NCBI GenBank assembly: GCA_050115495.1
Contig: JASFQK010000003.1
Coordinates: forward strand, 96,001-160,000
DNA from: Phycisphaerae bacterium
Lineage (GTDB): Bacteria > Planctomycetota > Phycisphaerae > UBA1845 > Fen-1342
Reading direction: 5' to 3'
DNA: 64,000 nt
A program made the translations under genes and the position numbers. The notes under the pieces were generated by a model, which searched no databases, was not told where the DNA came from, and was given only the letters and a program-made list of their open reading frames with translations. Position 1 is the stretch's first letter. Each line of letters starts with the position of its first letter. Of this stretch, positions 30,943-41,282 are shown piece by piece.

Positions 30943-33147
30943 CTACGGCGCCGGTGCTGTCGTTGTTGCAGTTTCTCGGTAAACCTGCCCGGCGCTGTAC
31001 AGCGCCACCCGCGCCTCGATCGCCTGCGCCATGGCATCCAGCTTGTGCTGCCGGGCGACGGCCAGAGCGCGTTGCGCGATCTCCACGGCCTGCGCAAAGT
31101 CGCCCGACTCGGCACAGGCGGCGGCCAGGGCATCGAGCGCGTATGGGTGCTGGTTCCCGGAGAGCGCGCAGGCCCGCTGCGCCAGGGCCAGCGCTTTGCT
31201 GCCGCTGCGGTGCTGCGAGTCGGAATCCGTAGCCAGAGTCCAGGCCAAACCGGCGAGCGCCTCGACATTGTCCGGCACCGTCTGCAGGCACGCCCGATAC
31301 TGCGCGATCGCGTCGGGAGCACGATGCAGCGCGGCCAGAGCCGTGGCATAGCGCAGCCGCGTGCGCCAGTCATCCGGCATCATCCGCAGCGCCTCGGCGC
31401 AGTGCTGACAGGCTTCGTCGAACCGGCGGGCGGCAAGCAGGAGGTGGGCCAGCATGGCGTGGCCTTCGGCGAAATCCGGCAGGCGGTCGAGGATGGTGTT
31501 CAGGGCGCCGATTGCCTCGTTGATACGACCGGTGCGCATATGGCTATCGACCGCCGGCTTGATCGTCGCCAGGAGGGCGGTACGGATGTCGCGGAAGCTG
31601 GGATCGAGCTGGGCGCCGAGGATCAGCTCGTCGACCGCGTCGGCCGGCCGGCCGGCGCGCTGGAGCGTGAGGCCGTAGTTGTAGTGCGTGACGGCGTCAT
31701 CCGGCATGACTTCGACGGCTTTCTCATAGACGCGCAGGGCGTCCGCGGTTCGGCCCACCTGGGCATAGCCGTTGGCCAGCAGCGTGCTCAGGGCGGGCAT
31801 GTCAGGCTGAAGCCGGAAGGCGGTCTCGAGATAGGGAATCGCCTCGGCAATCTCTCCGGCATGAAACAGTGTGTTGCCGAGGTACTCATTGCCCCAGACG
31901 TTCTCCGGATACTTCGCCACCACGTCGCGGTACAGCGTCTCGCTGTTTTCGAACACGCGGGCCCGCTGGTAGGTCAGCACGCTCAGCGCGACGACGAAAA
32001 CCGCGCCGGCTACACGTGCCACCGTGCGGCCGGTCGGCTTCCAGCGCTCCAACCCGCCGGCCGCCAGCGCCACGATCGCAGCGACGATTGCCATGCTCGG
32101 CACATACAGGAAACGGTCAGCAACCAGCGAATAGGCCATGTAGTAGAAATTGATGAACCCCAGAACCGGGCCCAGCGTGACAGCGAAGCACAGCACGGCG
32201 AGCAGCGGGCCGATCCCCACGCGTCGCCGCAGTAGCCACAGCGCCGGCAGCAGCACGACCGCCGCTGCGGGATAGAGGTACTGCACCCAGTTCGCCGCGT
32301 CGATCGCCCAGCGCGGATAGATGAACGACAACCCCGCGGGCCAGACGACCCTGCCGACGTAGAACCAGAAGGCCTGACCGGCGATGAGGATACGCTGCGG
32401 CAGCGACAGCTCGGCGCCCCACTGCTCGCGCCCGATCTCGACGAGTGTCGATTCGAACCAGATCGTGACGCACGCCATGGCCGCCCCGAGCACCAGGAAC
32501 GGTACGACCCGCAGTACATCCCGCGCGGTCAGCCGCCGGTGTTGCCACCAGATCAGCAGAACCAGTACCACGGGCAGCGTTACCGTCACCGTCTTGCTCA
32601 GTAGGGCGGCCAGGAAAGCAGCGCAACTCAGCCCGTAATAGAGCCAGCGGCGCGGCGGACGCTCGTTCGCAGCGTCGTCCCCCGCGAAACGCAGGTACGC
32701 GAGGATGGCGAGCAGGTAGAAGAGCGTGGATAGCACATTCCGCCGCTCTGTGACGAAGGCGACGCTCTCCACGTTGGCCGGATGGATGGCGAAGATGGCG
32801 GCGGCGAGCCAGGCGCCGGGCACGGCCAGTCGTCGCAGCACCAGCCACAGCAGCAGAGCGTTGGCGGCGTGCAGCAGCACATTGACCACGTGGTAGCCCA
32901 GCGGCTTCACGCCCCAGAGCTGATGCTCGATCCAGAACGTCGTGAAGGTCAGTGGGTAATAGACACCCTGCTCTTCGGGATGGCCGAACCAGATGCGCCA
33001 CAGACCTTCGGCCTTCTTCAGCCGCTGGTTCTCGAGCAGGTGCGTGTTGTCGTCGGAGACGAAGTTGCCCCGCCGCACGGGCGCGTAGGCCGCTACGACC
33101 AGGGCGACCAGCGCGAGGGCGGCAAGCAAACGACAGGGTCCGGACAT
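30943..33147 (-). CDS. TMTC-like GT-C glycosyltransferase with C-terminal TPRs
   Basis: FVSDD, YYPLT, YHVVNVLLH, FAIHPANVESVAFVTERRNVLS, ADRFLY, then multiple TPRs. Confidence 0.85.
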   Translation of the reverse strand: MSGPCRLLAALALVALVVAAYAPVRRGNFVSDDNTHLLENQRLKKAEGLWRIWFGHPEEQGVYYPLTFTTFWIEHQLWGVKPLGYHVVNVLLHAANALLLWLVLRRLAVPGAWLAAAIFAIHPANVESVAFVTERRNVLSTLFYLLAILAYLRFAGDDAANERPPRRWLYYGLSCAAFLAALLSKTVTVTLPVVLVLLIWWQHRRLTARDVLRVVPFLVLGAAMACVTIWFESTLVEIGREQWGAELSLPQRILIAGQAFWFYVGRVVWPAGLSFIYPRWAIDAANWVQYLYPAAAVVLLPALWLLRRRVGIGPLLAVLCFAVTLGPVLGFINFYYMAYSLVADRFLYVPSMAIVAAIVALAAGGLERWKPTGRTVARVAGAVFVVALSVLTYQRARVFENSETLYRDVVAKYPENVWGNEYLGNTLFHAGEIAEAIPYLETAFRLQPDMPALSTLLANGYAQVGRTADALRVYEKAVEVMPDDAVTHYNYGLTLQRAGRPADAVDELILGAQLDPSFRDIRTALLATIKPAVDSHMRTGRINEAIGALNTILDRLPDFAEGHAMLAHLLLAARRFDEACQHCAEALRMMPDDWRTRLRYATALAALHRAPDAIAQYRACLQTVPDNVEALAGLAWTLATDSDSQHRSGSKALALAQRACALSGNQHPYALDALAAACAESGDFAQAVEIAQRALAVARQHKLDAMAQAIEARVALYSAGQVYRETATTTAPAP

Positions 33148-33364
33148 GGCGGGCGTACGTGCCTCCAGAGAGAGTGAGGTCCGCTCGGGCTCCGTCAGCC
33201 GCGGGGCGGAGCGTCCGCGAACCGGACGTTTGCGGGGCAGTATACCACGTCGCGAGGATGTCAGGACGTGGCCAATGCGGTTTGCGACGGTGGCCTCGCG
33301 CGCTATGATACGAGTGTTGTCGCTGGCGATGGGCGCTGGGCGGCGAGAAGCCGATAACGCGGAC

Positions 33365-34780
33365 ATGAACGGGAGAGGCACGTTGCGACTCAGCATCGGG
33401 CTTTGGTTGGTGTTGGCCGCGCTGGTGATCGCCGGCTGTGACCGCAAAGAGCCGCCGGCACCATCTGCCGCGTCACGACCGTCGGGACCGAACGTCCTCT
33501 GGATCGCCGTCGACACCCTGCGGGCGGACAAGCTGGGCTGCTACGGCGGCACCGGCGGGCTGACGCCGAACATCGACGCTCTCGCCGCCGAGAGCCTCCG
33601 TTTCGAGCACGCGTACGGGGCGGCGCCCTGGACGCTGCCGTCGTTCGCCACCATGTACACGTCGCAGGCACCCGTGCAGCACGGGGCCGACGGGCGGATG
33701 GACAAGGACTGGACGCTCAAGATCAACGGCCTGCGCAGTGGGGCGCGGACCGTCGCCGAGTGCTTCCACGATGCCGGCTATGCCACCGCATCCGTGATCA
33801 ACGTCGACTGGCTGACGAAGTCGTTCGGCATGACGCAGGGGTTCGCCAACGTTGATTTCGAGGTGTACACGGACAACGTGCACGTGCGGCCGGCGGTGCG
33901 CACGACCGATGCGGCCCTCAAGTGGTTGAACGAGCGGCCGGCCGGGCCGTTCTTCCTGCTCGTGCACTACTTCGATCCGCACCTCGTGTACGACCCGCCG
34001 TCGCCGTTTCGCGAGCGTTTCGCCGCTCCGCCCGACCGCCAGCCGAGCGAGAAGCCGTTCGGCACGGCCAAGCAGATTTTGCGCTATCGGCAGGGAAAGA
34101 TCGGTCTAGAGCCGGACATGATCCGCCGCAGCGAGAAGCTCTACGACGGCGAGGTGGCCTACACGGACAGCGAGGTCGGCCGGCTGCTGGCGGCCGTCGC
34201 GGAGATGGGCCTGGCGGACGACACGATCGTCATCTTCGTCGCCGATCACGGCGAGGAGTTCTACGACCACAACGGGTTCGAGCACGGTCATACGTTGTAT
34301 AACGAGCTCGTGCACGTGCCGCTGATGATCCGCTGGCCGGGGCACGTCGCTCCCGGCGAGGTCGGCGCGACCGCTTCGTTGATGGACGTGGCCCCGACGT
34401 TGTGCGCCCTCAGCGGCGTCACGCCGGAGCCGACCTTCACCGGACGCGATCTGCTCGCGCTGCGGGACGAGCCCGTCGAGCGCCCGCTCCTCATGCACGG
34501 CAACCTGTGGGGCCCGGCGCACTGGGGTTGGCTGCAGGATGGCTACAAGCTGATCCGCACCGGCGACGGGCAGGTGCTGCTGTTCAACATTCGCGAAGAC
34601 CCCCACGAACAGAACAACCTCGCCACCGCCGAGCCCGAGCGTGTGCAGCAGATGAGCGAGGACATGCGGCTGGCCTACGAGGCGGCGGTCGCCGGGGCGC
34701 AGAACGCCCCGGCGGATTCCGGCGTGAACCTCACGCCCGAGCAACTGGAGCGGCTGCGCTCACTGGGGTACGTGGAATGA
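33365..34780 (+). CDS. Sulfatase-fold (alkaline phosphatase superfamily) lipoprotein
   Basis: IAGC lipobox, VDTLRAD, WTLPSF, HYFDPH, ADHGEEF, C-terminal LRSLGY. Confidence 0.88.
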   Translation: MNGRGTLRLSIGLWLVLAALVIAGCDRKEPPAPSAASRPSGPNVLWIAVDTLRADKLGCYGGTGGLTPNIDALAAESLRFEHAYGAAPWTLPSFATMYTSQAPVQHGADGRMDKDWTLKINGLRSGARTVAECFHDAGYATASVINVDWLTKSFGMTQGFANVDFEVYTDNVHVRPAVRTTDAALKWLNERPAGPFFLLVHYFDPHLVYDPPSPFRERFAAPPDRQPSEKPFGTAKQILRYRQGKIGLEPDMIRRSEKLYDGEVAYTDSEVGRLLAAVAEMGLADDTIVIFVADHGEEFYDHNGFEHGHTLYNELVHVPLMIRWPGHVAPGEVGATASLMDVAPTLCALSGVTPEPTFTGRDLLALRDEPVERPLLMHGNLWGPAHWGWLQDGYKLIRTGDGQVLLFNIREDPHEQNNLATAEPERVQQMSEDMRLAYEAAVAGAQNAPADSGVNLTPEQLERLRSLGYVE

Positions 34781-36282
34781 GCCGTCGCCGACGGAAGACG
34801 CCGCCGGAGACGCGCGAGCCGCCCCGTCGCCGCTTGCCGTTGCTGATCGGGCTCGTCGTAGTCGTCGTCATCGCGGTCGGGGCGACGGTGCTGTGGCTGA
34901 ACCGGCAGCCGGCGTATACCGGACCGGCTCGCCACGTGATCGTCATCTCCCTCGACACCACCCGGGCGGACTACCTCGGCTGCTACGGCCATCCGTGGAT
35001 CAAGACGCCGAACCTGGACAAGCTCGCCGGCGAGTCCATTCTGCTGACCGACTACCTGACCGCGGCGACCACCACGCTCGCCTCGCACGTCTCGCTGCTC
35101 ACCGGCAAATACCCCCACTCACACGGCGTACCGCGCAACGGCTTCATGGTCAGCCGCGACAACGTCATGCTGCCGGAGCTGCTGCACGAAGTCGGCTTCA
35201 CGACGGCGGGGTTTATTGCCTCGTTCTCCCTGGACCAGCGGTTCGACTTCGCCCAGGGGTACGACCACTGGGATCAGCAGTACGAGATCCGCGTCGGCGA
35301 CAGCGGGGCGGACCAGAACCAGCGCCGGGCGGACGCGGTCACTGATGCCGTGCTGAGCTACCTCGATCAGCAGGGCGTGCCCGAGCACCTGTTCCTGTTC
35401 GTGCACTACTTCGACCCGCACCTGCCCTACACGCCGCCGGCACCGTATGACCGCGAGTACCTGTCGCGGGTGCCGGAGGTCAAGCTGCGCCCGGACGTCT
35501 ACCCGGAGCTCTCCAACCCGCGGACGCGGCGGGCGGCGCAGCTCTCGGTGACGCAGCACGCCGGCGAGATCTCGTACATGGACGAGCACCTCGGCCGGCT
35601 GCTCGACGAGCTTCGCCGGCGGGGCGTGCTCGATGATGCGCTGCTCGTATTGACCAGCGATCACGGCGAGAACCTCGGCGACGCGCCGGGGACGCTGTTC
35701 GACCACGGCTGGACGGTATACCAGACCGAAGCCCACTGCGTCGGCATGATCCGCCTGCCCAAAGCGGCGCAGGCCGGCACGCGTTGCGAAGCGCTCGTCG
35801 GCAGCCCGGACCTATTACCAACGATCACCACATACCTCGGCCTCACCACACCGGCCGGCGTCGACGGCGAGCCGCTCGATCTGGCGCACCTGCCGGCGGC
35901 GGACGTCGTGCGTCCTCGTTTCTCCGAAGCGACGAAGCCGTGGGAAGAGGTCGAGACGGATCCGCGCTGGCTGAACGCCCGCAAGGCCTGTTGTGTCCGC
36001 AGCGGGCCCTACAAGTACATTCGCACCGACTATCGCAATCTGGTGGAGTTGTACAACCTCGCGGCGGACCCGCAGGAGCGGAAGAACCTGCTCGCCGGCC
36101 CGCAGAGCGAAGCGACGGCAACGATCGCCGCGGACCTCGCCCGCCTGCTCGACGCCTGGTGCGCGGCGGCTGCGCCGCTGCCGTCGAGTTTCGAGCCAGG
36201 CCAGATGTCCGAAACCATGGCCCGTCTCCGCTCGCTCGGCTACCTGGGGCCGGAGCCGGAAGAAGACGACGGCAACAAGTAG
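34777..36282 (+). CDS. Membrane-anchored sulfatase-fold protein
   Basis: N-terminal TM, LDTTRAD, TTLASH, HYFDPH, SDHGE, LRSLGY; ATGA overlap. Confidence 0.88.
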   Translation: MSRRRRKTPPETREPPRRRLPLLIGLVVVVVIAVGATVLWLNRQPAYTGPARHVIVISLDTTRADYLGCYGHPWIKTPNLDKLAGESILLTDYLTAATTTLASHVSLLTGKYPHSHGVPRNGFMVSRDNVMLPELLHEVGFTTAGFIASFSLDQRFDFAQGYDHWDQQYEIRVGDSGADQNQRRADAVTDAVLSYLDQQGVPEHLFLFVHYFDPHLPYTPPAPYDREYLSRVPEVKLRPDVYPELSNPRTRRAAQLSVTQHAGEISYMDEHLGRLLDELRRRGVLDDALLVLTSDHGENLGDAPGTLFDHGWTVYQTEAHCVGMIRLPKAAQAGTRCEALVGSPDLLPTITTYLGLTTPAGVDGEPLDLAHLPAADVVRPRFSEATKPWEEVETDPRWLNARKACCVRSGPYKYIRTDYRNLVELYNLAADPQERKNLLAGPQSEATATIAADLARLLDAWCAAAAPLPSSFEPGQMSETMARLRSLGYLGPEPEEDDGNK

Positions 36283-36380
36283 GGTGGGTTCCACCCGCCG
36301 ATTCGTCGCGGCTGCCGGGTGCTGCTGGCGGACGTGGGCGAGCCTTGCGCTTTGGGCCGGAGGGGGCGTCTCTCGGTTTC

Positions 36381-36481
36381 CAACGCCGCCCCGCCCGCTG
36401 GTGTCTCTTCGGTGGTGGACCCGCCACGTATCTCGCGTCGCCGCTTTCGAAGGCTGGTGTGGCATAGGCCAATGGCCTGTG
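36381..36481 (+). repeat. Left copy of ~100-bp inverted repeat flanking the NLR-like locus
   Basis: 36453-36481 is the exact reverse complement of 39451-39479; similarity extends ~70 bp outward. Confidence 0.85.
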
Positions 36482-36626
36482 ATCTTCATGCGGGGGCGGG
36501 GGTCAAGAGTCTCAAGGGGCTCATGCTGGCGCGCGCCGTAAATGAGACTCTTGGCGGTTCGGTGGCGGCGGTGGGGCGTTGCGGGAGGCGCTGGGTTGAG
36601 CGGGTGTGTGTTGGTCATTGTGGGCG

Positions 36627-36693
36627 AGCCATCAGCCTTCAGCCGTCAGCCTTCAGCAACAAGCCTTGAGCCTTGAGCCTTGAGCCGTGAGCC
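36627..36693. repeat. Heptamer tandem repeats (AGCCNTC / AGCCTTG)
   Basis: 7-bp periodicity; the first 31 bp are identical to 52271-52301. Confidence 0.85.
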
Positions 36694-36861
36694 GGAAACG
36701 GTTGCCTGCAAGCCTGACACACAGGCGGTCATCCATGGTCAGTATAGGACACGAAGACGCGCGGCGACGGAGGGGTGGGGGGGATTGGCGGAGTCTGGCG
36801 CGTTCTGGCGGATTCTGGCGGGGATTGGGCGGGATGTGGTGGGCGCGAAGGGTGGCGGCGT

Positions 36862-39238
36862 TCACGCCTTGAGCCGCGCGCGAATAGCGTCTACGTAGGC
36901 AGCGTCCTTCTCGGCGTCGGGGTGCCCGACCTCACGCTCGTAGTCCACGCAGACTTGCATCAGCTCGATCGCCCGGGGCGAATCGCCGAGCTTCTCGCAC
37001 GCCAAACCCGCGTTCCAGGAGGCAACGGCCTCGCCACGCCGATCGCCGATCTCGCGGGCGATGGCCAGTTGCTGCTCGTAGAACGTGATGGCCCGGCGGG
37101 GCTCGCCCAAGGCGGCGTAGGCGATGCCCAGGTTGCCCAAGGCGGTGGCCTCGCCCCGCCGGTCGCCGATCTCACGCATGATTCTCAGTTGATGCTCGCA
37201 GAACTCGATGGCTCGGCGAGGCTCTCCCAAGGCGGCGTAGGCGATGCCCAGGCTGCCCAAGGCGTTGCCCTCGCCGCGCCGGTCGCCGATTTCGCGTGTG
37301 ATCGTCAGTTGTTGTTCGTAGAACTCGATGGCGCGACGGGGCTCGCCCAAGCTGTAATAGGCGTTGCCCAGGTTGCCTGAGTCGGCGCCCTCGCCGCGTC
37401 GGTCGTCGATCTCGCGATCAATCGCCAGGGCCTGCTCGTAGACCTCGATGGCCCGGCGGGGCTCGCCCAAGTCGGCGTAGGCGAGACCAAGGCTGCCGAG
37501 ATGCACGCTCTCCGCGCGCCTGTCAGCGAGTCGCCGGGCAGCGGAGAGGGCTGCTTCACGCCACACGATCTGCTTGCGGCCATGTTGGCGTAGATCGAGG
37601 CAATAGGCACCGGCGTTTGGGTAGTCGCTGCACAGGCGCGCGGCCGCATCATCCGCGGCGGCATGCGCCTGGGCCCAGGCGAACCCGGCTGCGATGTTCG
37701 GCCACTCCACGTCGAACAGCGCCAGTCCCTTGGTCACGCCTTCAGCGCTGCCGAGGTAGAGACGCTTGGCCGCCGCGGCGACTCCGTAGTAGTGCGCCGC
37801 GTGACGCTGCTGGGCCGCCGACCGCTCGTCATCCGCGAGTTGCTCGCCGGCGTAGAGGCGGACGAGGTCGTGCAGCCGGTAGCGTCCAGTGGCTTCGTTC
37901 AGATTGAGCACGCTGTAGTGCAGCAGATCGCCGAGCATGTTCTGCGCGCGGTCCGTCTCCACGCCCCAGACGGCCGCCGCCGCTGGCAGGTCGAACGTGC
38001 CGGGGAAGATGGACAACGCATACCATGCACGACGCAGTTCATCCGGCAACGGCGCGTCGCTCAAACGAAGCGAGGCGGCCACCTTGTCCAGGTGCTTGAG
38101 CCGCTGCTGTTCGTCGGTCAGCCGGCGCACGTAGTCGTCGGGCGACAGGTTTCGCCGTCCGGCCAGCGCGCTGCCGGCCAGCCGCAGGGCCAGCGGCAGA
38201 CAGCCGCATAGCTCCGCGATCTGCTCCGCAGCATCGCCGATACGCGGGCAGATGCGCAGCAGCAGGTCGCGTGCGTCCTCCGGTGACAACGTATCCAGGT
38301 TCTTCACATACAGACCGGGTAACGTGAACTGCTGCCGCGATGTGACCAGCAGCACGCACCCCGCCGGCGGTGGCGCCAGCGGCTCAAGCTGCTCCGCTTC
38401 GGCGGCGTTGTCCATCAGCAGAAGGACACGCTTCTCGTGTAGCGTGGAGCGGTAGAGCCCCTGTAAGGCCGACACGTCGTCCGGCAGCTTCGCCTCAGGT
38501 GTGAAGCTGAGAATCACGTGCCGCAGTGCGTCGGCCGGCGACACCGGCGTTTCCTGCGTGCCGCGGAGATCGAGGTAGATCTGTGCGTCGGGGTGCTGGC
38601 CGTCCAGCCGCTCGGCGAGCGCGAAAGCCAATTCGGTCTTGCCGATTCCGCCGAGCCCTTGCACGCCGGTGATGGCCACGCCGCCGGATTGCAGCTTTTC
38701 GAGCAGCTCGTCGATTTCGGCGGTGCGGCCGGTGAAGTCCGTCACGGGGGGGGCGGAGTTGGTGCAGGGTCTGAGTGGGGAGGTCGAACGAGTAGTGGTG
38801 CCTGAAGATATCCGGGTGTTGGCCGTACAGGGTGAGGATGTCATCCCAGAAGGCGACTTCCACGGTGAAGGGCTTGCGTTCATCCTCGTTGAACTGCCGG
38901 ACGAATGCCTGGATCGTTGCGTCACGGGGGGCCGTAGTAGCCAGAATGAAGCGAGCGATGCGAGGCTCGAACTGGGTGGCCTTCTTGATTTCGCCCCGTA
39001 GTTCCTTCTCTGCGGCGGCAGCGCTGAGATTGCCCTCGTGTAGCTTGCATTGGACGCCGTGATAGTCGTCGCCATGCGGCTGGCCGTAGATGTCCACGCC
39101 GTGCTGCGGCTGGCCGGTGCGGCCGTGCATGGAGGCTCTGGTTCCCCAGTAAGCCTCGTATAGATCGCGCATGTTGCGTTCGAAGCGCTGCCAGTTTTTC
39201 GGCGGTGGGACCTGCATGGAAGACGAACGAACACCCAT
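36862..39238 (-). pseudogene. NLR-like STAND protein (Mrr-like nuclease + NB-ARC + TPR), frameshifted at a C8 tract (38746-38753)
   Basis: Frame 1: PPPKNWQRFE..GRTGQPQHGVDIYG..GVQCK..TLHQLRPP. Frame 2: PPVTDFTGR, GLGGIGKT, LLLMDNA, GCLPLAL, LHDLVR, TPRs. Removing one C fuses the two frames. Confidence 0.85.
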
Positions 39239-39359
39239 GAGAGACCTGCCCTCAGATCGCCCCGCGTGGTCGAAGCAGAATGACAATCGTCCCGGAAGAT
39301 AGGCCCTGCCGACCCGCGGCTCGGCGAAGGGTAGTGTAGCGTGTTTGTGCGGGGAGGGA

Positions 39360-39396
<37 letters not shown>

Positions 39397-39450
39397 GTTG
39401 CGGGGCGGGAGTGGGGAGGGGGGCGTGGGGTTGCGCCGCGGCGGGTGGAA

Positions 39451-39586
39451 CACAGGCCATTGGCCTATGCCACACCAGCGGCCACGCGGCGATGCGAGAG
39501 ATCAGGCCGGCCCCGCGGCGAAGAGACACAGGCGGATGGGGCCGGGTTGCGCCGGCACTGGTGGGCAAGCCACCAGTGGCACCCGG
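39451..39586 (-). repeat. Right copy of the inverted repeat flanking the NLR-like locus, followed by a TGCCACTGGTGGCTTGCCCACCAGTGC element
   Basis: Reverse complement match to 36381-36481, and of 39555-39582 to 9275-9302. Confidence 0.85.
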
Positions 39587-39746
39587 CGCTGCGCGAGAGA
39601 GGAGAGCAGGAGAGAGTGGAGAGTGGAACGGGAGATTGCGCGGTGTGGGTTGGGCGGGGAGCGCGGGAGTGGTGACCCACCGGATGCAATCCGGTGCCAC
39701 AACAGGAGACCGGACGGTGTGGGACGGCCGGCACGGAGACCGGCCG

Positions 39747-41207
39747 CTACGGCGTGTCGCCAAGGCGGGGGCGTTCGAGACGGTTGACGACTACGGCGCC
39801 GATCGCGTCGCCCAGGACGTTCGTCGACGTGCGGAACATGTCCAGAATGGCGTCGACCGCGAAGATCAGCGGGATGTAGTAGATAGGCAGGTTCACCGCG
39901 CTCGCCACAATCACCATCGTTACCAGACCGGCGTTGGGAACCGCCGCCGCACCGATCGAGGCCAGGACCGCCGTGATGAAGATGAGAAACGTCGTCATCG
40001 CCGTCAGGGCAATGGGTACGTCGTCCAGGGCGCCGAAGATCTGGATCAGGAAGATGACGGCGACGCCTTCGTAGAGCGCCGTGCCGTCCATGTTCATTGT
40101 CGCCCCGAGCGGCAGCGAGAAGTTCGCCACCTTCGGCGAGACGTTCAGGTTCTGCGTGACGTTGGTGATCGTCACCGGCAGCGTCGCCGCACTGGACCGC
40201 GTGGAGAAGGCGATCATCCACGCTTCGCGGATACCGCGCCAGAGGTTCCAGGGCGATACGCCGCCAACGACGGCACAGATCGCCAGCAGGGCGCAGATGT
40301 GCACGAGAATGCCGCCGATGACGGTTGCGCAATACCAGCCGAGCGACGTGAAGACCCCCGGTCCCGTGTCGGCGACGAGCTGGGCGACGATACATCCAAT
40401 AGCCACCGGCGAGATCTGCATCAACCAGTGCGTGATGCGCATCATCACCGCGTTGAGCCCCTGGAAGAACGAGATGACCGGACCGGCGGAACTGCCCACG
40501 ATCGTGCAGGCCACGCCCAACAGCAGGGCGAAGAAGATAATGCCCAGCGCATTCGGCGGATCGGCGGCCAGCGATGTGAACGGGTTCATCAGCAGCGGGC
40601 GGATGATGTCGTTGGTGAAGATCTCGCCGGGCTTGCGGCCCTCGGCGCCGGTGATGGTCTCAATTTTGGACTCGTACCGTGAGCTCTCCTGGCCGGCGGC
40701 GAGACGCTTCTCGCCACGGAGCCAGGCGACGTACTCGGGCCGCGGCGTCTGGCGGGCGTCGAGGGCCGGGCGGCCGGCGATCGTCTCGTACTTCGTGCGG
40801 TACTCGTCCTGCTTGGCCTGGGCCTTGGCGCGAATCTCCCGTGACGCCGGCTTGTCGCCCGGTTGAATGATCAGCACGGCAGCGAGCCCGATGGCCACCG
40901 CCACCGTCGTCGTGCTGAAGTAGTACAGGAGCGTTTTCCAGCCGATCGCGCCGAGCTCTCTCATGTTCGGCAGACTGGTCACGCCGGCGACGATGCTGGC
41001 CAGGATCAGCGGGGCGATGATCATCTTCAGCGCCCCCATGAACAGCGTCGGCCCGAGTAGGTCGAGCAGCCACATCACATAGCCGTACCAGCCCGGCGGC
41101 GCCGCGGCGTGCGGGTCGTTCGGATCGTGGACCAGGTACAGCGCGTAGCCGACCACGAGGCCCATCACCATAGCCAGGAAGATCAGGTTGTGGAGCTTGA
41201 AGCGCAT
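39747..41207 (-). CDS. Dicarboxylate/amino acid:cation symporter (DAACS, GltP/GltT-like)
   Basis: FSTRSSAATLP, PLGATMNMDGTALYE, SIGAAAVP, DMFRTSTNVLGD. Confidence 0.95.
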   Translation of the reverse strand: MRFKLHNLIFLAMVMGLVVGYALYLVHDPNDPHAAAPPGWYGYVMWLLDLLGPTLFMGALKMIIAPLILASIVAGVTSLPNMRELGAIGWKTLLYYFSTTTVAVAIGLAAVLIIQPGDKPASREIRAKAQAKQDEYRTKYETIAGRPALDARQTPRPEYVAWLRGEKRLAAGQESSRYESKIETITGAEGRKPGEIFTNDIIRPLLMNPFTSLAADPPNALGIIFFALLLGVACTIVGSSAGPVISFFQGLNAVMMRITHWLMQISPVAIGCIVAQLVADTGPGVFTSLGWYCATVIGGILVHICALLAICAVVGGVSPWNLWRGIREAWMIAFSTRSSAATLPVTITNVTQNLNVSPKVANFSLPLGATMNMDGTALYEGVAVIFLIQIFGALDDVPIALTAMTTFLIFITAVLASIGAAAVPNAGLVTMVIVASAVNLPIYYIPLIFAVDAILDMFRTSTNVLGDAIGAVVVNRLERPRLGDTP

Positions 41208-41282
41208 GAGACCCTCGCCGGGAGAAGCAGGTGATTTGCGAAGTCTAGCCGCCTGGGCCGACGCTGTCAGCGCCGCGCCGCG

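Noticed and set aside
38754..39234. N-terminal part of the listed 790-aa ORF 36862-39234
   Set aside because: Ser/Thr/Arg-rich off-frame translation; the real N-terminus is in the 38495-39286 frame
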